Shown here piece by piece: positions 35,241 through 47,653 of a DNA stretch of 64,000 nucleotides. The stretch lies in NCBI GenBank assembly GCA_010093705.1, contig MU006092.1:68623-132622 (forward strand). Direction: 5' to 3'. Source of the DNA: Patellaria atrata CBS 101060 (lineage: Eukaryota). The notes beneath the pieces were generated by a model. It saw only the letters and a program-made list of their open reading frames with translations. It had not been told where the DNA came from and searched no databases. Numbering within the stretch: position 1 is the first letter of the stretch; every line of letters starts with the position of its first letter. The position numbers and the translations under genes are program-made.

Positions 35241-38200
35241 ATGCCGTCAAAGTTGGTTGCAGACAAACGATGTCTTTCCATCGCTGCAGACACCAATATA
35301 CCTCTCTACCTCGCGCCTCGCCTACTTACTCCTTGGCCGAAGCAAACATGGACTCGACGAAAGCATACTACCATCCCAGCAGGAGGAAGAAACACTTCGC
35401 CGATTTGCAACCACAATGATAGAACAATAATACTTCCTCCCATCCGTAACTCATGTCAGTCGCAATACCATTCCCCTTCCACGGCTACAGGACGATTGAT
35501 ATCCCGCTCCCGTTTTCAATCCGAGAGGTCCCTCGATATACTAGTAGGAGGATCAGCAAGATTTTCTAGTAGCTCGAAGATATGGGAGGAATCGACCTCT
35601 GTCCTGTCATTCCCTTCATCGGGGATTGACAGTTCTGCTCAACGATCGGAAAAGAATTCAAGGACGCATGCATCCGACGATACAACACAAGCGGAACCCA
35701 CTTCATGGTTGTTCAAATCAAAACCGAGTAAATCTGATTCTATGCTATCCGGTCAAAGTTCAATGGCTCACTCGTCGCAATACAACGAACTAACCCCAGA
35801 AGACTATCTTGAAGATTATGACTTCAAGCGTCAACCCATTCCAGAAGCAAATGAGTCGGAAATCACCTCAAAAAAGATGCGCAATTGGCACTTTACCATG
35901 CAAACTGAGATGGGTCGCCATCAATTACGTCTCCTAAATGCACTTAAACGGGACTTCGCATCAAAACCTCTCGCAGTTCGCGACATTGCGGATCCCCAAG
36001 AATACCCTGAACTCTGGGATATGGCCGAGCGAATGTCAAACGGGGAGAAGTTCTTTAGGCCTTGCGGTTCTAATTTCGATTATATCTGGTTGAAATGGTT
36101 CCCCCTGATTGTTGCTAGATTCGATTCAAGACTTCCGAGAGAAATGCGCCGTGAAACTTTCCCGGAATTTGCATCTAACGATTTGGAACCCATCCTCAAT
36201 CGTTTCCTAAAAAAGTGTCCAACCCAGAGTTTGATGCGCCAGAGATGGTATCGCCTTAGAAAGTCCACGAGATTGTACTATTGGTCATTCATAGTTTTCC
36301 ATCTGTTTGAAAACGATCCTTTGACAGCCATCAGATTCCTGGCAGTAACGAGCCCCGACAAGCTCATTCCTCGGTATGCTATCCAGGATGCGATAGAGTA
36401 TATAACATCACTTTTCGCAGAGATCGCCGAAGCAGAAGGTCATGCTTCACTACCGGACGACCTTTTTAACTTGTATTTGAAAGTTTTGGATTCCATCCAA
36501 TGGTGCGGACTTTCACAAAAACTACTTCACCATGTTATTTTGCAATCGACAAAGGAGAAAAAGGTCATACTTTACAAAACTCTCGTGGATAAGGTCTCTA
36601 CATCCCGCATAAGATGGAAGACGTACCTTCAGTTTGCGTCTCATTTCGGTAAAGCCGGTCTTTCCCAGGACGCTCTCGATGCGCTTGATAGAGCTACTCC
36701 CAAAGGTGTGATTGCGTCTCAACGTGGACCAGAACTAGAAGCTACGATCTGTCATATACTGAGAGGTGTTATGCAATCACCTGGTGGTTATCATGACGTA
36801 GGCGAAATAAGCTCCCGAATCCTTCGAAGAGGCGTACAATTTACTACGCGGAACTATAACATGATAATATGGAACGCTTGCGATGCCGGAGACTATGCTA
36901 CTGCATTGCGCATATTGAACACTATGAAGCAGCGAGGACCAGAGCCTAATATATACACGTACCGTATACTCCTTCATCCTCGAAGAGCCGATAACCGTCC
37001 GGTGGAGGTCATCCAAGAAGGCGTAAACTATGCAAAGGCAGCGAGTTCCCCTGAGATTGCTAGTCTCGTGGTCCAAACTAGCTGGCAGTATATGGACAAT
37101 CTGTCATCATCGTTCGGTTATCATTTTACTCGCTTGTTCAATATATACCGAGAATTTTTCGATCTTCGATTTCTTGAAAAGTTGGGTATTGTCGATGACA
37201 GAGCAGAAGTTGATGGAATGAATATGGAAGCTCTGTCAGAGATTCTTGGCCAGACTAAGTCGAGCGCTGATAGAGAGATCCTCAATAGTGGAAATGAGTT
37301 ACAAAAACTTATGCCTTCCAGAACCGTTCTCTGTCTGATGCTCATGGTCTACATTCGCTCCAAACGCAACCGAAATCCTGAGCACATATGGCACCTCTAC
37401 ACAAACCTCAAACACCTCACGAAAGCAGGCGATCCAGTCATAGCTCCGATGGTCGAATCCCACCATGTCTGGGCCATGTTCCTACACGAATTCATTCGAC
37501 ATCCCGAGACGCTTAATTGGTGTCTCACCCTCCTCAAAGACATGCTCACACCCTTACCCTCAAGCGCCACCCACCACACTGCCCAACGCCCTATCCGCAT
37601 CCCCCCTCCCGCTCCCATCATCTGGCAACTCCTCATCAGCGCCTTCATGCGGCACCGACAACCGGAAGCCGCGCGCAAGGTCCTCGACATGATGATTTCG
37701 CGAAACGTCGAGCCTGAGGACGCGCATTGGGACTCGATGTTAAGGGGCTATGCGAAGGCACAGGACTTAGACCGCGTAGCAGAGACGTTAAGGATTGTAG
37801 AGAGGGGTGGGTTTAGGGTGAGTACTGAGACGACGGGTATGTTGAGTCGGATTAGGCAGAAGGAGAGGTTAATGACATACTTGAACATGCCGGAAGATGA
37901 TCCGTTTGAGCCAGAGTTTTACGAGGAAGGAGTTAAGAATGCGCAAGCCAGGCTAGGTGTTGAAGATGGTGACGTCGCTTTGAACGAGTATGAGCGAGAA
38001 GTTGATGGTAGCTTTGGAGCGGTGAGCCCGATGGAGATTACGGGTGATGTGTCGAGTACACCTCAATTCGCTGCTACTGTTGCTAAGGGTGGGAGACGGA
38101 AGCAAGAGAGAAAGACCGACGCTTTCAGTGATGTGTGGCCAGTAGAAGAATTAAAGGAAAAGGAGAGCGAGCACGCAGAAGCTCTGCTGAATATAAACCC

Positions 38201-38285
38201 ACAGGAGGAAAGGAAACAAAAGGAGAGCGAACGTACCGAGAGCATGTTAGAGATATTACGCCAGGCCCGACTATCACAGAAGTGA
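35241..38285 (+). CDS. Pentatricopeptide-repeat (PPR) protein, probably mitochondrial
   Basis: 1014-aa ORF with PPR-like units YNMIIWNACDAGDYATALRILNTMKQRGPEPNIYTY, WQLLISAFMRH..PEAARKVLDMM and WDSMLRGYAK. Confidence 0.88.
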   Translation: MPSKLVADKRCLSIAADTNIPLYLAPRLLTPWPKQTWTRRKHTTIPAGGRNTSPICNHNDRTIILPPIRNSCQSQYHSPSTATGRLISRSRFQSERSLDILVGGSARFSSSSKIWEESTSVLSFPSSGIDSSAQRSEKNSRTHASDDTTQAEPTSWLFKSKPSKSDSMLSGQSSMAHSSQYNELTPEDYLEDYDFKRQPIPEANESEITSKKMRNWHFTMQTEMGRHQLRLLNALKRDFASKPLAVRDIADPQEYPELWDMAERMSNGEKFFRPCGSNFDYIWLKWFPLIVARFDSRLPREMRRETFPEFASNDLEPILNRFLKKCPTQSLMRQRWYRLRKSTRLYYWSFIVFHLFENDPLTAIRFLAVTSPDKLIPRYAIQDAIEYITSLFAEIAEAEGHASLPDDLFNLYLKVLDSIQWCGLSQKLLHHVILQSTKEKKVILYKTLVDKVSTSRIRWKTYLQFASHFGKAGLSQDALDALDRATPKGVIASQRGPELEATICHILRGVMQSPGGYHDVGEISSRILRRGVQFTTRNYNMIIWNACDAGDYATALRILNTMKQRGPEPNIYTYRILLHPRRADNRPVEVIQEGVNYAKAASSPEIASLVVQTSWQYMDNLSSSFGYHFTRLFNIYREFFDLRFLEKLGIVDDRAEVDGMNMEALSEILGQTKSSADREILNSGNELQKLMPSRTVLCLMLMVYIRSKRNRNPEHIWHLYTNLKHLTKAGDPVIAPMVESHHVWAMFLHEFIRHPETLNWCLTLLKDMLTPLPSSATHHTAQRPIRIPPPAPIIWQLLISAFMRHRQPEAARKVLDMMISRNVEPEDAHWDSMLRGYAKAQDLDRVAETLRIVERGGFRVSTETTGMLSRIRQKERLMTYLNMPEDDPFEPEFYEEGVKNAQARLGVEDGDVALNEYEREVDGSFGAVSPMEITGDVSSTPQFAATVAKGGRRKQERKTDAFSDVWPVEELKEKESEHAEALLNINPQEERKQKESERTESMLEILRQARLSQK

Positions 38286-39398
38286 ACGGCCAGCATTTAG
38301 AATAGCTCTCCTACTCCGATTTTCTCCCAAAAGAGCAACATCGTTGTATCTCGTCCAAGAATTCCTTTCTGGGTCTGAGCAAACCCTTATTGTCGGAACC
38401 GCACCGGTTAGACAACCCTTGAACCGAACCTTATTCATACGAGTACAACCGTGGTTTATTCTCAAGGAATGTTCTTTCCGACCTCAATGGAAACTTCCGG
38501 CAAGGTTCGTACCGGCCATGGAATAACTGTACGGCATCTAGTACTGTATGGCGCCTTACTTATTTATCGTAATGCGGGTACCTCCTCCGATACCCCTCAA
38601 CCCTTAGCTACTGTTGTACTGTGTACGACAGATGTACTATCTGTGTAAATATCGGGGATATAGACTTTCATTGATCCTCAACGCTACTCCCAGCAAAGAT
38701 CGTTGTACGGTACAAAATTGCAACATAGATTGATGAAAGCGGGTCGCTTCTCAAGACACGTGGTACCTTGAAATGAAAAGGGGAGAGTAAAATTCAGTGG
38801 TCCCATCGCGGGTTAATGGAGGTCGTCTCATGGCCAAGTTGTTGGGTGCTGGCATATGGTGCACGAGTATGAAATGGATTTAACTGCAGGAGGACCTTCA
38901 GTGTACTGTACGAACACCACGGGTGTTAATCTGGCCTCAACTATAAGTTAGACATATGGAACAAAGTCTCGATCCGCTACAATGCCCTAGTACAGTTGCA
39001 TTTCAACTGTAGAGCAATCGAGGAGCGTCAATTGTGGCAGGCCGTTACCAACAACAATATATATTTCCGAATTGATATGTCAAAAGTTGAAAGGTTAAAC
39101 TCATTCCATATTGCTCATTATAGCAGTAGATCATGTAAATATATAAATGCGAACAAAAGAGCCTGTGTCCACCCACGCGTTACTTATTCCTATAACCAAT
39201 GCAGGTACCAATCAGAAAGTCATGACAACCAGACTCAAAAGACATGAACCTGAACCCTAAAGGACCCGTAGAACAATGAGGCCACCCACGCCATACCGTA
39301 GTATATGTACACTTAACCCATTTCAATCAATGCGTAACACTAGGCCTTTCCCGCCCGTACAAGCCCCTTATGCCCTAACCCTTACCTTAACCTTAAAA

Positions 39399-42284
39399 CT
39401 ATGCATGACCCTCCTGACGCCCCTCCCCCATCCCCTCAACTTCCCTCGCAATCTCCTCATACCAACTCCCATGTCCCATCCTATCCACCTCACTCACCCG
39501 TCCCAACTCCTCTACAATCCCCCCAACTCTCTCCACAAACTCCGCCAGCCCCGTCGCCGCAAGGCCCTCAATCGCCGTACTCGCCGCCCTGACCCTTTCG
39601 CCCGAACTACTCGCCGCAACGCGGGTCAAGATGTGTTCTTTGAGTCTGCCAAAGACAACTTTCATGACGGGGTCGAGAAGTCTGCCGGTAGAGGCTTGGG
39701 AAAGGAAGCGGGTGATTGTGGCGAGGAGTTGGGACCGGGAGGAGGCAGGCATGGGATGCGAGGACTCGATTATTGAGAGTAGTTTGGTGGCCATGGGGTT
39801 GGTATCGATTGACTCAGTGGTGTCGGGTCCGATGTAGCCGTCCTTGAGCGCGTCCCACATCCGAATCGCATCGGCCTTCCACTGGCTGCGGACGTCCCGC
39901 TTAAGGAGGTTCTTAGCGGTCAATAAAATGGACCCGACGGTAGCGATTCGAAGCGTCGTGGTGCGAATGCGAGAGAGGCGGGCCTTGTCGAGGTCGAGTG
40001 TTTCTGGAACGTCTTGGTCCTGGAGAGGTATAGTTGCTATCGCAAGGTCGACGAGGCCATAGGCATAGATCCGCTGAGGGGTGGGACGGCGGGGAGGTTC
40101 CTGGCGGGAAGCTTCGGTAACAACATTCATATATGCCCCTTTATACCAGTGCTTAGTCTTCTGCAGCGTTATTGTTCCGCTCTCGAGATCTTGGGCGAAC
40201 ATGCGCTGTTCGTAACCTCCCGCCTCGCGTATAAGGGTCGGAGCGGCGTTCATCAAAAGGAAGTTGGAATAGTCAAGGGACAGAAGATCGATGAAATGAA
40301 GAACTTTGAAGAGTTTCTCAATCATCAGGTCCAGGTCGCCTGATTCCTCTAGCTCCTGGATTAAAGCCTTAACCTGCACATCGCGGAATGGAGCACACAG
40401 CTTGGGTAGGATAGAAGCCATGAACTGGAAGAATTTCTCATATGAGAAAACCCCTCGAACGCATTGTTGTTGAATCCCTTGGGGATCCAGCACCTCGCTT
40501 ATAAGGGTATATGTGGGATTACCTTCTCTAAGCAACCGAAGAAGCTTTGCGCGGATATTCTCCGCCATTGCGACTGTCCATTGGTTGTCTTCTCCACGTC
40601 GAAAACCTTCACGCATGCTGTCGCAAACACTCTGGTTGAACGCATCTCGGATATCTGAATGCGGGCCAACGTCGATCCGATACTCCTTGTCGATGGATAA
40701 CTCGTGTACAAGTACACGGTTGGAGGGCACTGGCGAAAAGATTTTCATCAGTACATCGGATGCGTCGGCATCACGTCCACTACTGCCCTTTGGGAGCTTG
40801 GGTCCGTCAGTCGAGGTGATACTTCCCTCCGGATTTGATGCAGCGGTATCAGTCATTAGGGCATCAGCAAGCCTTGGACGTGTCTCGGCTACAGGTCGTC
40901 TCCTGACTTGTGCGCGCCTGCTTGCTTTGATGGCTCTCTGAATCATAGCATTTGCTCGTTCCAGTCCAGCCAATTTCTTGATTTTGCTGTATAGAATAAC
41001 CTGGTTATCACGTATCCCCTCTTTATAATCACTAGCGACCTCTCCGTCCGTATTATTTTTGACACTCTGCCATATGGCGTCAAGATTGACGAATGAAGCG
41101 ACCATGGTCTCAATCAAAGTAGATGCGTCCTGCGCTTTCCAGTCCGAAAAGGCGCTAACGAACGCAGCGTGCGCCAATGATACGTTTTCCAATTGCGTCG
41201 GCGACGCTACGTAACGATTTGATGGCGAAAGAGTAGATAGGAGTGACTCGAATGAGATAATGAGATCCTTAGCCTTATTTATCAAATCTTGCTCTTGATC
41301 CCCGTTTTTACTACTCAGCACCTCTTGCGGATGGCCAAGGATAAGGTACGCGCTGAGAAACGTTCGGGTACTTGTGCTCTCTGCGACTGGGTTATTTTCC
41401 GGCTGCAATAAGTCTAGAAGTGACAGGAGTTTTGCGCTAGTATCTAGCACAGTCTGGTCAGAAAGCAATGCAGTCATTTCTTCGAACTCTGCTTCATGGA
41501 CATAGTCAATGGACAGATCGAGAGCTTGGTATCTTCCGATGATATGTTTCCTGCGTTGCATTCTCCAGATCGCCTGGATCCTCCTAGCAGCAGTATCTTG
41601 GTCCAGTGAACGTTTCTTGATCTCTACCGGTTTTTTGCTCTCCAGAGAAGGTGAGCTGGACGTTCTGGGGCGCCTAAGGTTCTTCTGATATTGTAACCTT
41701 CTCCTTTCCGCCTCTGCGTGTTTTTCTTCTATCTCCATTCGATATCTCTTCTCTTCCGCAGCTTTCCGCTCCTTCATATCCTCAGCAACTTTCTTTGCGC
41801 GCCTGACCTCCTCCGCACAAGCAGCAGCAACCTGAGCCAATATCTTTTCCCGCGCTTGTTTAGCAGCCAGTGCCCTCTCTTCGCTATTTGTCGTTCGCGG
41901 TGCAGCTTTTACGAGCGCTGCTCGAAGTCTAACCTGCTCCGCATGTGCTGCCCTCTCCGCGAGACGGGCTTTGCGAGTTTCGAGGATTGCAACGCGGCGC
42001 AAGTGCTGAGCGACATGATTGCTCTGGCAACCGCTGCGAAATGAGCGACCTGATGTATGTGAATGAGTAGAAGAGAGAGAGTTCCGCCGCGAAGATGCAG
42101 CGGACGACTTGCGCCTTGTATTTGAAGGGCGATAGAACCGTGCAGCTATCCTTGCCGGTGGTGCATAAACTTGACCATTATCGTCTGATAGATTCATAAG
42201 CTCTGTTTCTTCTGGAATGTCGTCGTTGATCGCGGTGATATTGTTTAGATCTACATCGGGGGACGTAGGCATGTCGGAGTGCAT
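39399..42284 (-). CDS. IQ-motif / T-complex protein 11 (Tcp11/Sok1-family) protein
   Basis: About 960-aa intronless ORF: coiled-coil N-terminus, IQ motif AARRIQAIWR, and Tcp11-type KLCAPFRD, LDYSNF and PETLDLD..RL. Confidence 0.85.
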   Translation of the reverse strand: MHSDMPTSPDVDLNNITAINDDIPEETELMNLSDDNGQVYAPPARIAARFYRPSNTRRKSSAASSRRNSLSSTHSHTSGRSFRSGCQSNHVAQHLRRVAILETRKARLAERAAHAEQVRLRAALVKAAPRTTNSEERALAAKQAREKILAQVAAACAEEVRRAKKVAEDMKERKAAEEKRYRMEIEEKHAEAERRRLQYQKNLRRPRTSSSPSLESKKPVEIKKRSLDQDTAARRIQAIWRMQRRKHIIGRYQALDLSIDYVHEAEFEEMTALLSDQTVLDTSAKLLSLLDLLQPENNPVAESTSTRTFLSAYLILGHPQEVLSSKNGDQEQDLINKAKDLIISFESLLSTLSPSNRYVASPTQLENVSLAHAAFVSAFSDWKAQDASTLIETMVASFVNLDAIWQSVKNNTDGEVASDYKEGIRDNQVILYSKIKKLAGLERANAMIQRAIKASRRAQVRRRPVAETRPRLADALMTDTAASNPEGSITSTDGPKLPKGSSGRDADASDVLMKIFSPVPSNRVLVHELSIDKEYRIDVGPHSDIRDAFNQSVCDSMREGFRRGEDNQWTVAMAENIRAKLLRLLREGNPTYTLISEVLDPQGIQQQCVRGVFSYEKFFQFMASILPKLCAPFRDVQVKALIQELEESGDLDLMIEKLFKVLHFIDLLSLDYSNFLLMNAAPTLIREAGGYEQRMFAQDLESGTITLQKTKHWYKGAYMNVVTEASRQEPPRRPTPQRIYAYGLVDLAIATIPLQDQDVPETLDLDKARLSRIRTTTLRIATVGSILLTAKNLLKRDVRSQWKADAIRMWDALKDGYIGPDTTESIDTNPMATKLLSIIESSHPMPASSRSQLLATITRFLSQASTGRLLDPVMKVVFGRLKEHILTRVAASSSGERVRAASTAIEGLAATGLAEFVERVGGIVEELGRVSEVDRMGHGSWYEEIAREVEGMGEGRQEGHA

Positions 42285-43783
42285 CACGGAGTATATGGAG
42301 TCGCTGAAGTTGAGAAGGGTCTTTGGACTACGTGGTATGACTACGGAGTAAATGTACAGGTTGTTAGAGTAGATGCACGGGCGCTGACAGAAAGATGGTG
42401 CGACGAGGCCAGGTGTTCGGTGGAAGTCAGACGAGTATGCAAACAGACGGAGATTGTTGGTAGCGAAAGCGGGCTCCGACAGTGATGGATGCGGATAATA
42501 GAATGGTTAACTGGACTTTTAAAAGATGGAATGCAGATCAAGTCAACAAAGGAAAGATGGAGAAAAATAGTTACATGAAGAGAAGAAGAGGAGGGAGTAA
42601 TGGTAAGGTATGAAGAAAAGAAATGTAAGGTGGTAACTGCCAGGCTTCAGAGGTTGAAGAAGCAGCAGCTCCAAATGGATGACGAAGAAGGTGGAAGTGG
42701 ATGGAGGAGGCTGGACTTTTGCTCTGCTGCTGACCATGCCGCGGATCATCCTCGAAGCCAAGAGAACATAGAGTACTACCTTTTCCATCATACCAGTAAG
42801 GTACACTTGTAACCACGTCAAGAAGAGGCGCCGGAAAGTATTTTGTACTGCACAGTATAATTCTACCGTACCCGTGGCCTAAAACCTCAATATTGCGTCA
42901 AGCGTCCAGTGTCAGTTCTGACGGGAAATGTGACGGGAGCCCAGGGTATTGTGCGTTTTGTAACGTACTGTACGATATCTTACTCCGTACTGTACAATAT
43001 ACCATTGTTAGCGCGATATTCTGGGCCGCGGATATATCTCCGATTTTTAATAGTCTAGAGGAGATAACGGACGACATAATGACATATCCAGTTCCATTAG
43101 AACTACCGTAAGGTATAAGTGTGATCCTACTGTAAATAGAAAGGGTAAGGTACCGCACCATACTGTAATGTGCATAGTACTCGACGTATAAGGTAGGTTA
43201 GGTACCTTAAAAAGAGGGTGAACTTGTATAAAACACAAACCTCTGAAATAGCTCTAAAAGTTTTTAAAATATGGTCTGACAAGAGGATAAGTTTAGAGGT
43301 GGTTTAATTCAATTATTGACGGGAAGTTGTCCAATCGATATGAATTTAAAATGCTTACCTAGATTGCAGCTGTGTAAAATTTACAATCGGTAAATAAAAA
43401 CGGGCCGTTCCTTCTCGGTCATGACTCCCGAAAGCGTGGAAGGTCCATCCCATCTCATCCCACCCCGACTGTTCCTGCTTCTTAATGAGAATTACCTTTA
43501 CCTTACGGTATCAACAAGCCTACCTTAACCTGGAATGCGCTTTCCCTCTTCGCTCTTTCCCATTCGCGCCTTCTCGCTCTCTACGTTATATGCATTCGCT
43601 CTTACTTCACTTGCTCAATACCCGACAACTGTCTCCTGTCTCCATATTCGTACCAAAGTACAACCAGGATGCTATGATGCAATGATCACATTTCACCTTG
43701 ACCTTTGAACCCCCACAATATGAGCCGCTTCTTTAACACGCGACTCTCCGTCACTTTTCCTTCTACTACTATTCATTAGAAAT

Positions 43784-46588
43784 ATGGTGCGACCTCTCCT
43801 CGTTAAAGAGCAAGGCGACGAAAGCAGCCAGTCACCCCCAGCCCCACCAGAGAGCGCGAGGGCATCCAGCAAGAGAAAATGCGTGGCCAGCGCATGTGTG
43901 CCATGTCGAAAGCGCAAGAGTAAGGTACGAAACTATTCCCCGCCATTGGCGCTCATTCCTCTCCTACCTGGTTATTCCCCACACGGGATCTTTATCAAGA
44001 TACGACTTCGCATACGCTTTCTTTGAGCTTTTTGTACTGTTGCGTCGGGTGTCTGTTCAAGAAGATCCAGTAGACGAAGCCATGAGCGCTATATAACCAC
44101 AGTGCCGGAATTTCCTTGCTAACAAGGTGTTCGGACGAGATAGTGCGATGGTAGTACTCCAGTCTGCTCAACTTGCACGGCCGTATACAAGACGGAATGT
44201 TTCTATGACGGCGACAACGATAATCGGCGAAAGGTCACACCTAGGAAAGATAAAGGGACGGAGAAACAGAGAGATGGCGTGCCTGACAAGCATGATTCCA
44301 TGGCCCAAGTCCTTGCCAACATACGAAATCTCCAAGAGCCAGACCTATCTGAACTCATACAGAGGATACGTAACAATGAAGACCTAGACGTACTAGCTGA
44401 ATCATACAAACACAGCAGTGTCACAATCCCACGGACCTCGGCTTCGCAGACACTGGAGGGCGAGTTGTCCGTTCTCATGGGAAAGCCATCTGTGGCACAA
44501 TCAGGCGTTAGAAGGCATTTCAGTCATGCCTCAAATCTAGGACTTGTACCCGAAAAAGAATCCAGCTATTCCCTGACTCATCCTGCTCCTGGCTATCATG
44601 AGAGTTGGACGACCATCACTGATGATCAGGAGTTTATTGATCACCTACTCAAGCTATACTTTACATGGTGTCACCCGTTTTTCGAGTGTTTCTCGGAAGA
44701 GTGGTTTCTACATGACATGAAACACAGGAGAACTACATTCTGTAGTGGAATACTTGTCAATTCAATCCTTGCTTTTGCCTGTCACTTCTCCGAGCGACCA
44801 GCGGCTCGTACAGATCCGTCAGATCCTAGAACTGCGGGAGATCACTTCCACGCCGAAGCGAAGCGACTATTGAATGAAGACGATAGATCTTGCCTAACTA
44901 CAGTGCAAGCGCTCGCTGTCCTTTGTCTAAGGGAGCCAAGCATGGCGCGGGACAGCACAGGTTACCAATATGCCGGTCGGTGCATGAGAATGGCCATAGA
45001 GCTGGGTCTACATCTGTCTTTTTGCACCCTTGAAAACCTGTCATTGACAAAGGCTGAGCTCGAGGTTCGTAAAATTACCTTTTGGGGATGTTTTACAATC
45101 GATACGTATGTGCATACACCCGATCACATGGAAATCGATGTGCTTGATTAACGTCCTTTTGTAGTGCTTGGTCTTTGTGCATCGGTCGACTACCCCAACA
45201 TCCGAGAACGGCTATTGAGCTTGATAAACTTACTGTAACAGGACAGGAGGAGAGCAAAATCTGGCGGCCCTACTATGACGAAGATGTTCGAGCTCCACAT
45301 CAGCTTGAGCACAAGTCCCACGCTCGTCAATTTTTACTCCAATTTAGTCTCCTTTCAGAGTTAGTCAACGATGTAACATACATGTTCTTTGCACCAAGGG
45401 AACGGCTCACCAGCCGCAAAGTACTCGATTCCTATCAGAAATATAGAATATGGTATGATACTCTACCGGACTGCCTTGACCTCAAAGCAAACAAGACTGC
45501 CCATAATTTAGTCCTTCAGTAAGTTTCAATCCGCCCTCTTACTTCACATGTTCACGCTCTAATTATACTATGTTAGTATGTTCTACCATACCTGCGTCTT
45601 ACATCTCTTCCGACCCCTCTTGAAGGTTGATGTATTGAATTCAAGACTCGTGCCAAGGGATGTGTGCCTCTCGAGTGCCACTGAGGTTTCGAACCTCGTG
45701 GATGAGTACCGCGGACTGTATGGGCTACGATGCACTACAGTTCTAATGACGCACATCCTACTCTCCTCCTGTACAGTCCACCTTCTCGATCTACCTGCCA
45801 AGGCTGCCTCGGATAGGTTATGTCAAGGTCTCCGCGACTTAGAATCGATGTCTATAAATCATCGCTTCGCCGCTAGAGGATATAAGATCATTGTGGCTCT
45901 TTCTAAAAGCTGGGGTTACAGTCTTCCAGCAAACATTCCCCAAAGCCCTACGTTACTTCCAAAGGATGATGTGAACCTGCCAAATTCTGCCTTCTTCGCA
46001 TCTACCGTAGGACACTTAAACACAATAAATATGACGCAAGGATTAGCCTCGCACAACTCATCTCAGAGCGAAAAATTACTAAAAGATTCGTATTCTCTTA
46101 CTCCTACATTACAACTACACACTCAAAGTACATATCCCACGTCGACATCGTACGTGACTCCGCCCTCATATAGTTCAGCGGATGCAGTAACGACAGCAAC
46201 AGTTACTCCGCCTTCTTTAGCTCAGGTCACACAAGAACAACAACAAGGTCCTTTCCTATCCCCTCATCCCTCTGAGCAGTTATTCTGGTCTCCATTTCCA
46301 GGCCAAGGTATCCCTCTGCTGGGCTCAAACATTAACGTTTCACCGATGGACCTCTCAAACATGCTTCAGACGGTAGATGAGTGGGAACAGTTTAACAGAG
46401 ATGGTTTTCAGATAACAGATAACTGGACTCAGAACCGGGCACTCGCGATGGATTTGTTTAACCTCCAACAGCAGCAGCAGCAGCAGCAACAACGCTCTCC
46501 GCAGAACCAGTCAAGCACGCAGGAAGACCCGAACTTCCAAGGACAGCAGAACTGGACCGGAAATTGGAGTGATGGTGGAATGGGTTAG
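43784..46588 (+). CDS. Zn(II)2Cys6 transcription factor with a fungal MHR domain (NirA/Nit-4-like); 4 exons
   Basis: ACVPCRKRKSK|CDGSTPVCSTCTAVYKTEC; LYFTWCHPF; RMAIELGLH; RKITFWGCF.ID; LHLFRP; Q-rich C-terminus. Confidence 0.92.
46466..46492 (+). repeat. Coding CAA(CAG)6(CAA)2 repeat giving a 9-residue polyQ tract
   Basis: Seen directly in the last exon of the TF. Confidence 0.9.
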
Positions 46589-47653
46589 GATCGAATGTAG
46601 GGTGGTGCAATGTATTTATGGACTTTTGGCTTTTGGCTTGGGATCAAGGGAAGACATGGCCGTCTCACGATGTTTCCGGCACGGAGTTGGCGGCTTTCGT
46701 GAACTATCTAGCCTTCCTTGAGGCATTTGTAGGCATTTAAGCATATTTCTTTGTAGATACTTTGCCTTCGATTGGCGAATCTGAATGAATGTACACAGAA
46801 TTCACGTACTCAGTGTACAGAGTACGGTGTCATATTGTAGCAACGTCGGCTCACCTACCAATATTCGTCATATTCGTATAATTCTATCACAAACTCCACA
46901 ATCCTTATCCCCCTATAATTCCTCAACGCCCTCCTCATCCAAAAACCCCAAACTCAATAACAACGATTCTCTCACATCTCAAAACTCGCATTTACCGCCA
47001 GTACACCGGAGCCAACACCATACTGACTGGGTCAGTCTCTTTAATTTATGGGATTTTTTAACGCCTAGATAGCTTTATATCTCGTCACTCCTGTTTTGCT
47101 TGGATTTAAATTTCTTAAGGCTTTCTACATATTTTGGCTGCGAGGAGGTCTGATGTGAGGCCTGAGGTATATGAAATCAGTTGATTGTACAAGGTAACAT
47201 GACTGATCGGTGGAAGATATCGATATACAAGACCAAACTCGCACTTTTAGAGCACTTAGGGAAGTATATGTAAGAAAGCAGAGCAAATCGATCAGCGTGA
47301 TATGGACGCTATTCTGTCAGCCCAGGGAGACAAAGAACAGTTGTAGCTATTGATCTTTTTAGTTAGATGATTATGATAAAGTCCGTCATTATGGTTTCTA
47401 TAATCATGCAATCGTATTCGCCACTGATTGGAGTCGTAAACTTGGACCATTGAATGTCGCATTGATTATCGGGCCTTAGAACACATTTGAGAGATGGTTG
47501 AATGGTGGTCAAGCGGTCAGATTTAATATTTCCAGCTATGTCCTATGCTCACGCAAACAGATGTATCATCTTTAGTAGGAAAACCCATGAACCCACGCCA
47601 AGCAACATGTCTCTTCCTCGCAATCGCCTCGCATCATCAGCAATTTTACACGT

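Noticed and set aside
39363..39395. CCCTAACCCTTACCTTAACCTTAA, telomere-like or telomerase-template-like
   Set aside because: Only one perfect CCCTAA unit, in a 3'UTR, with no supporting structure.
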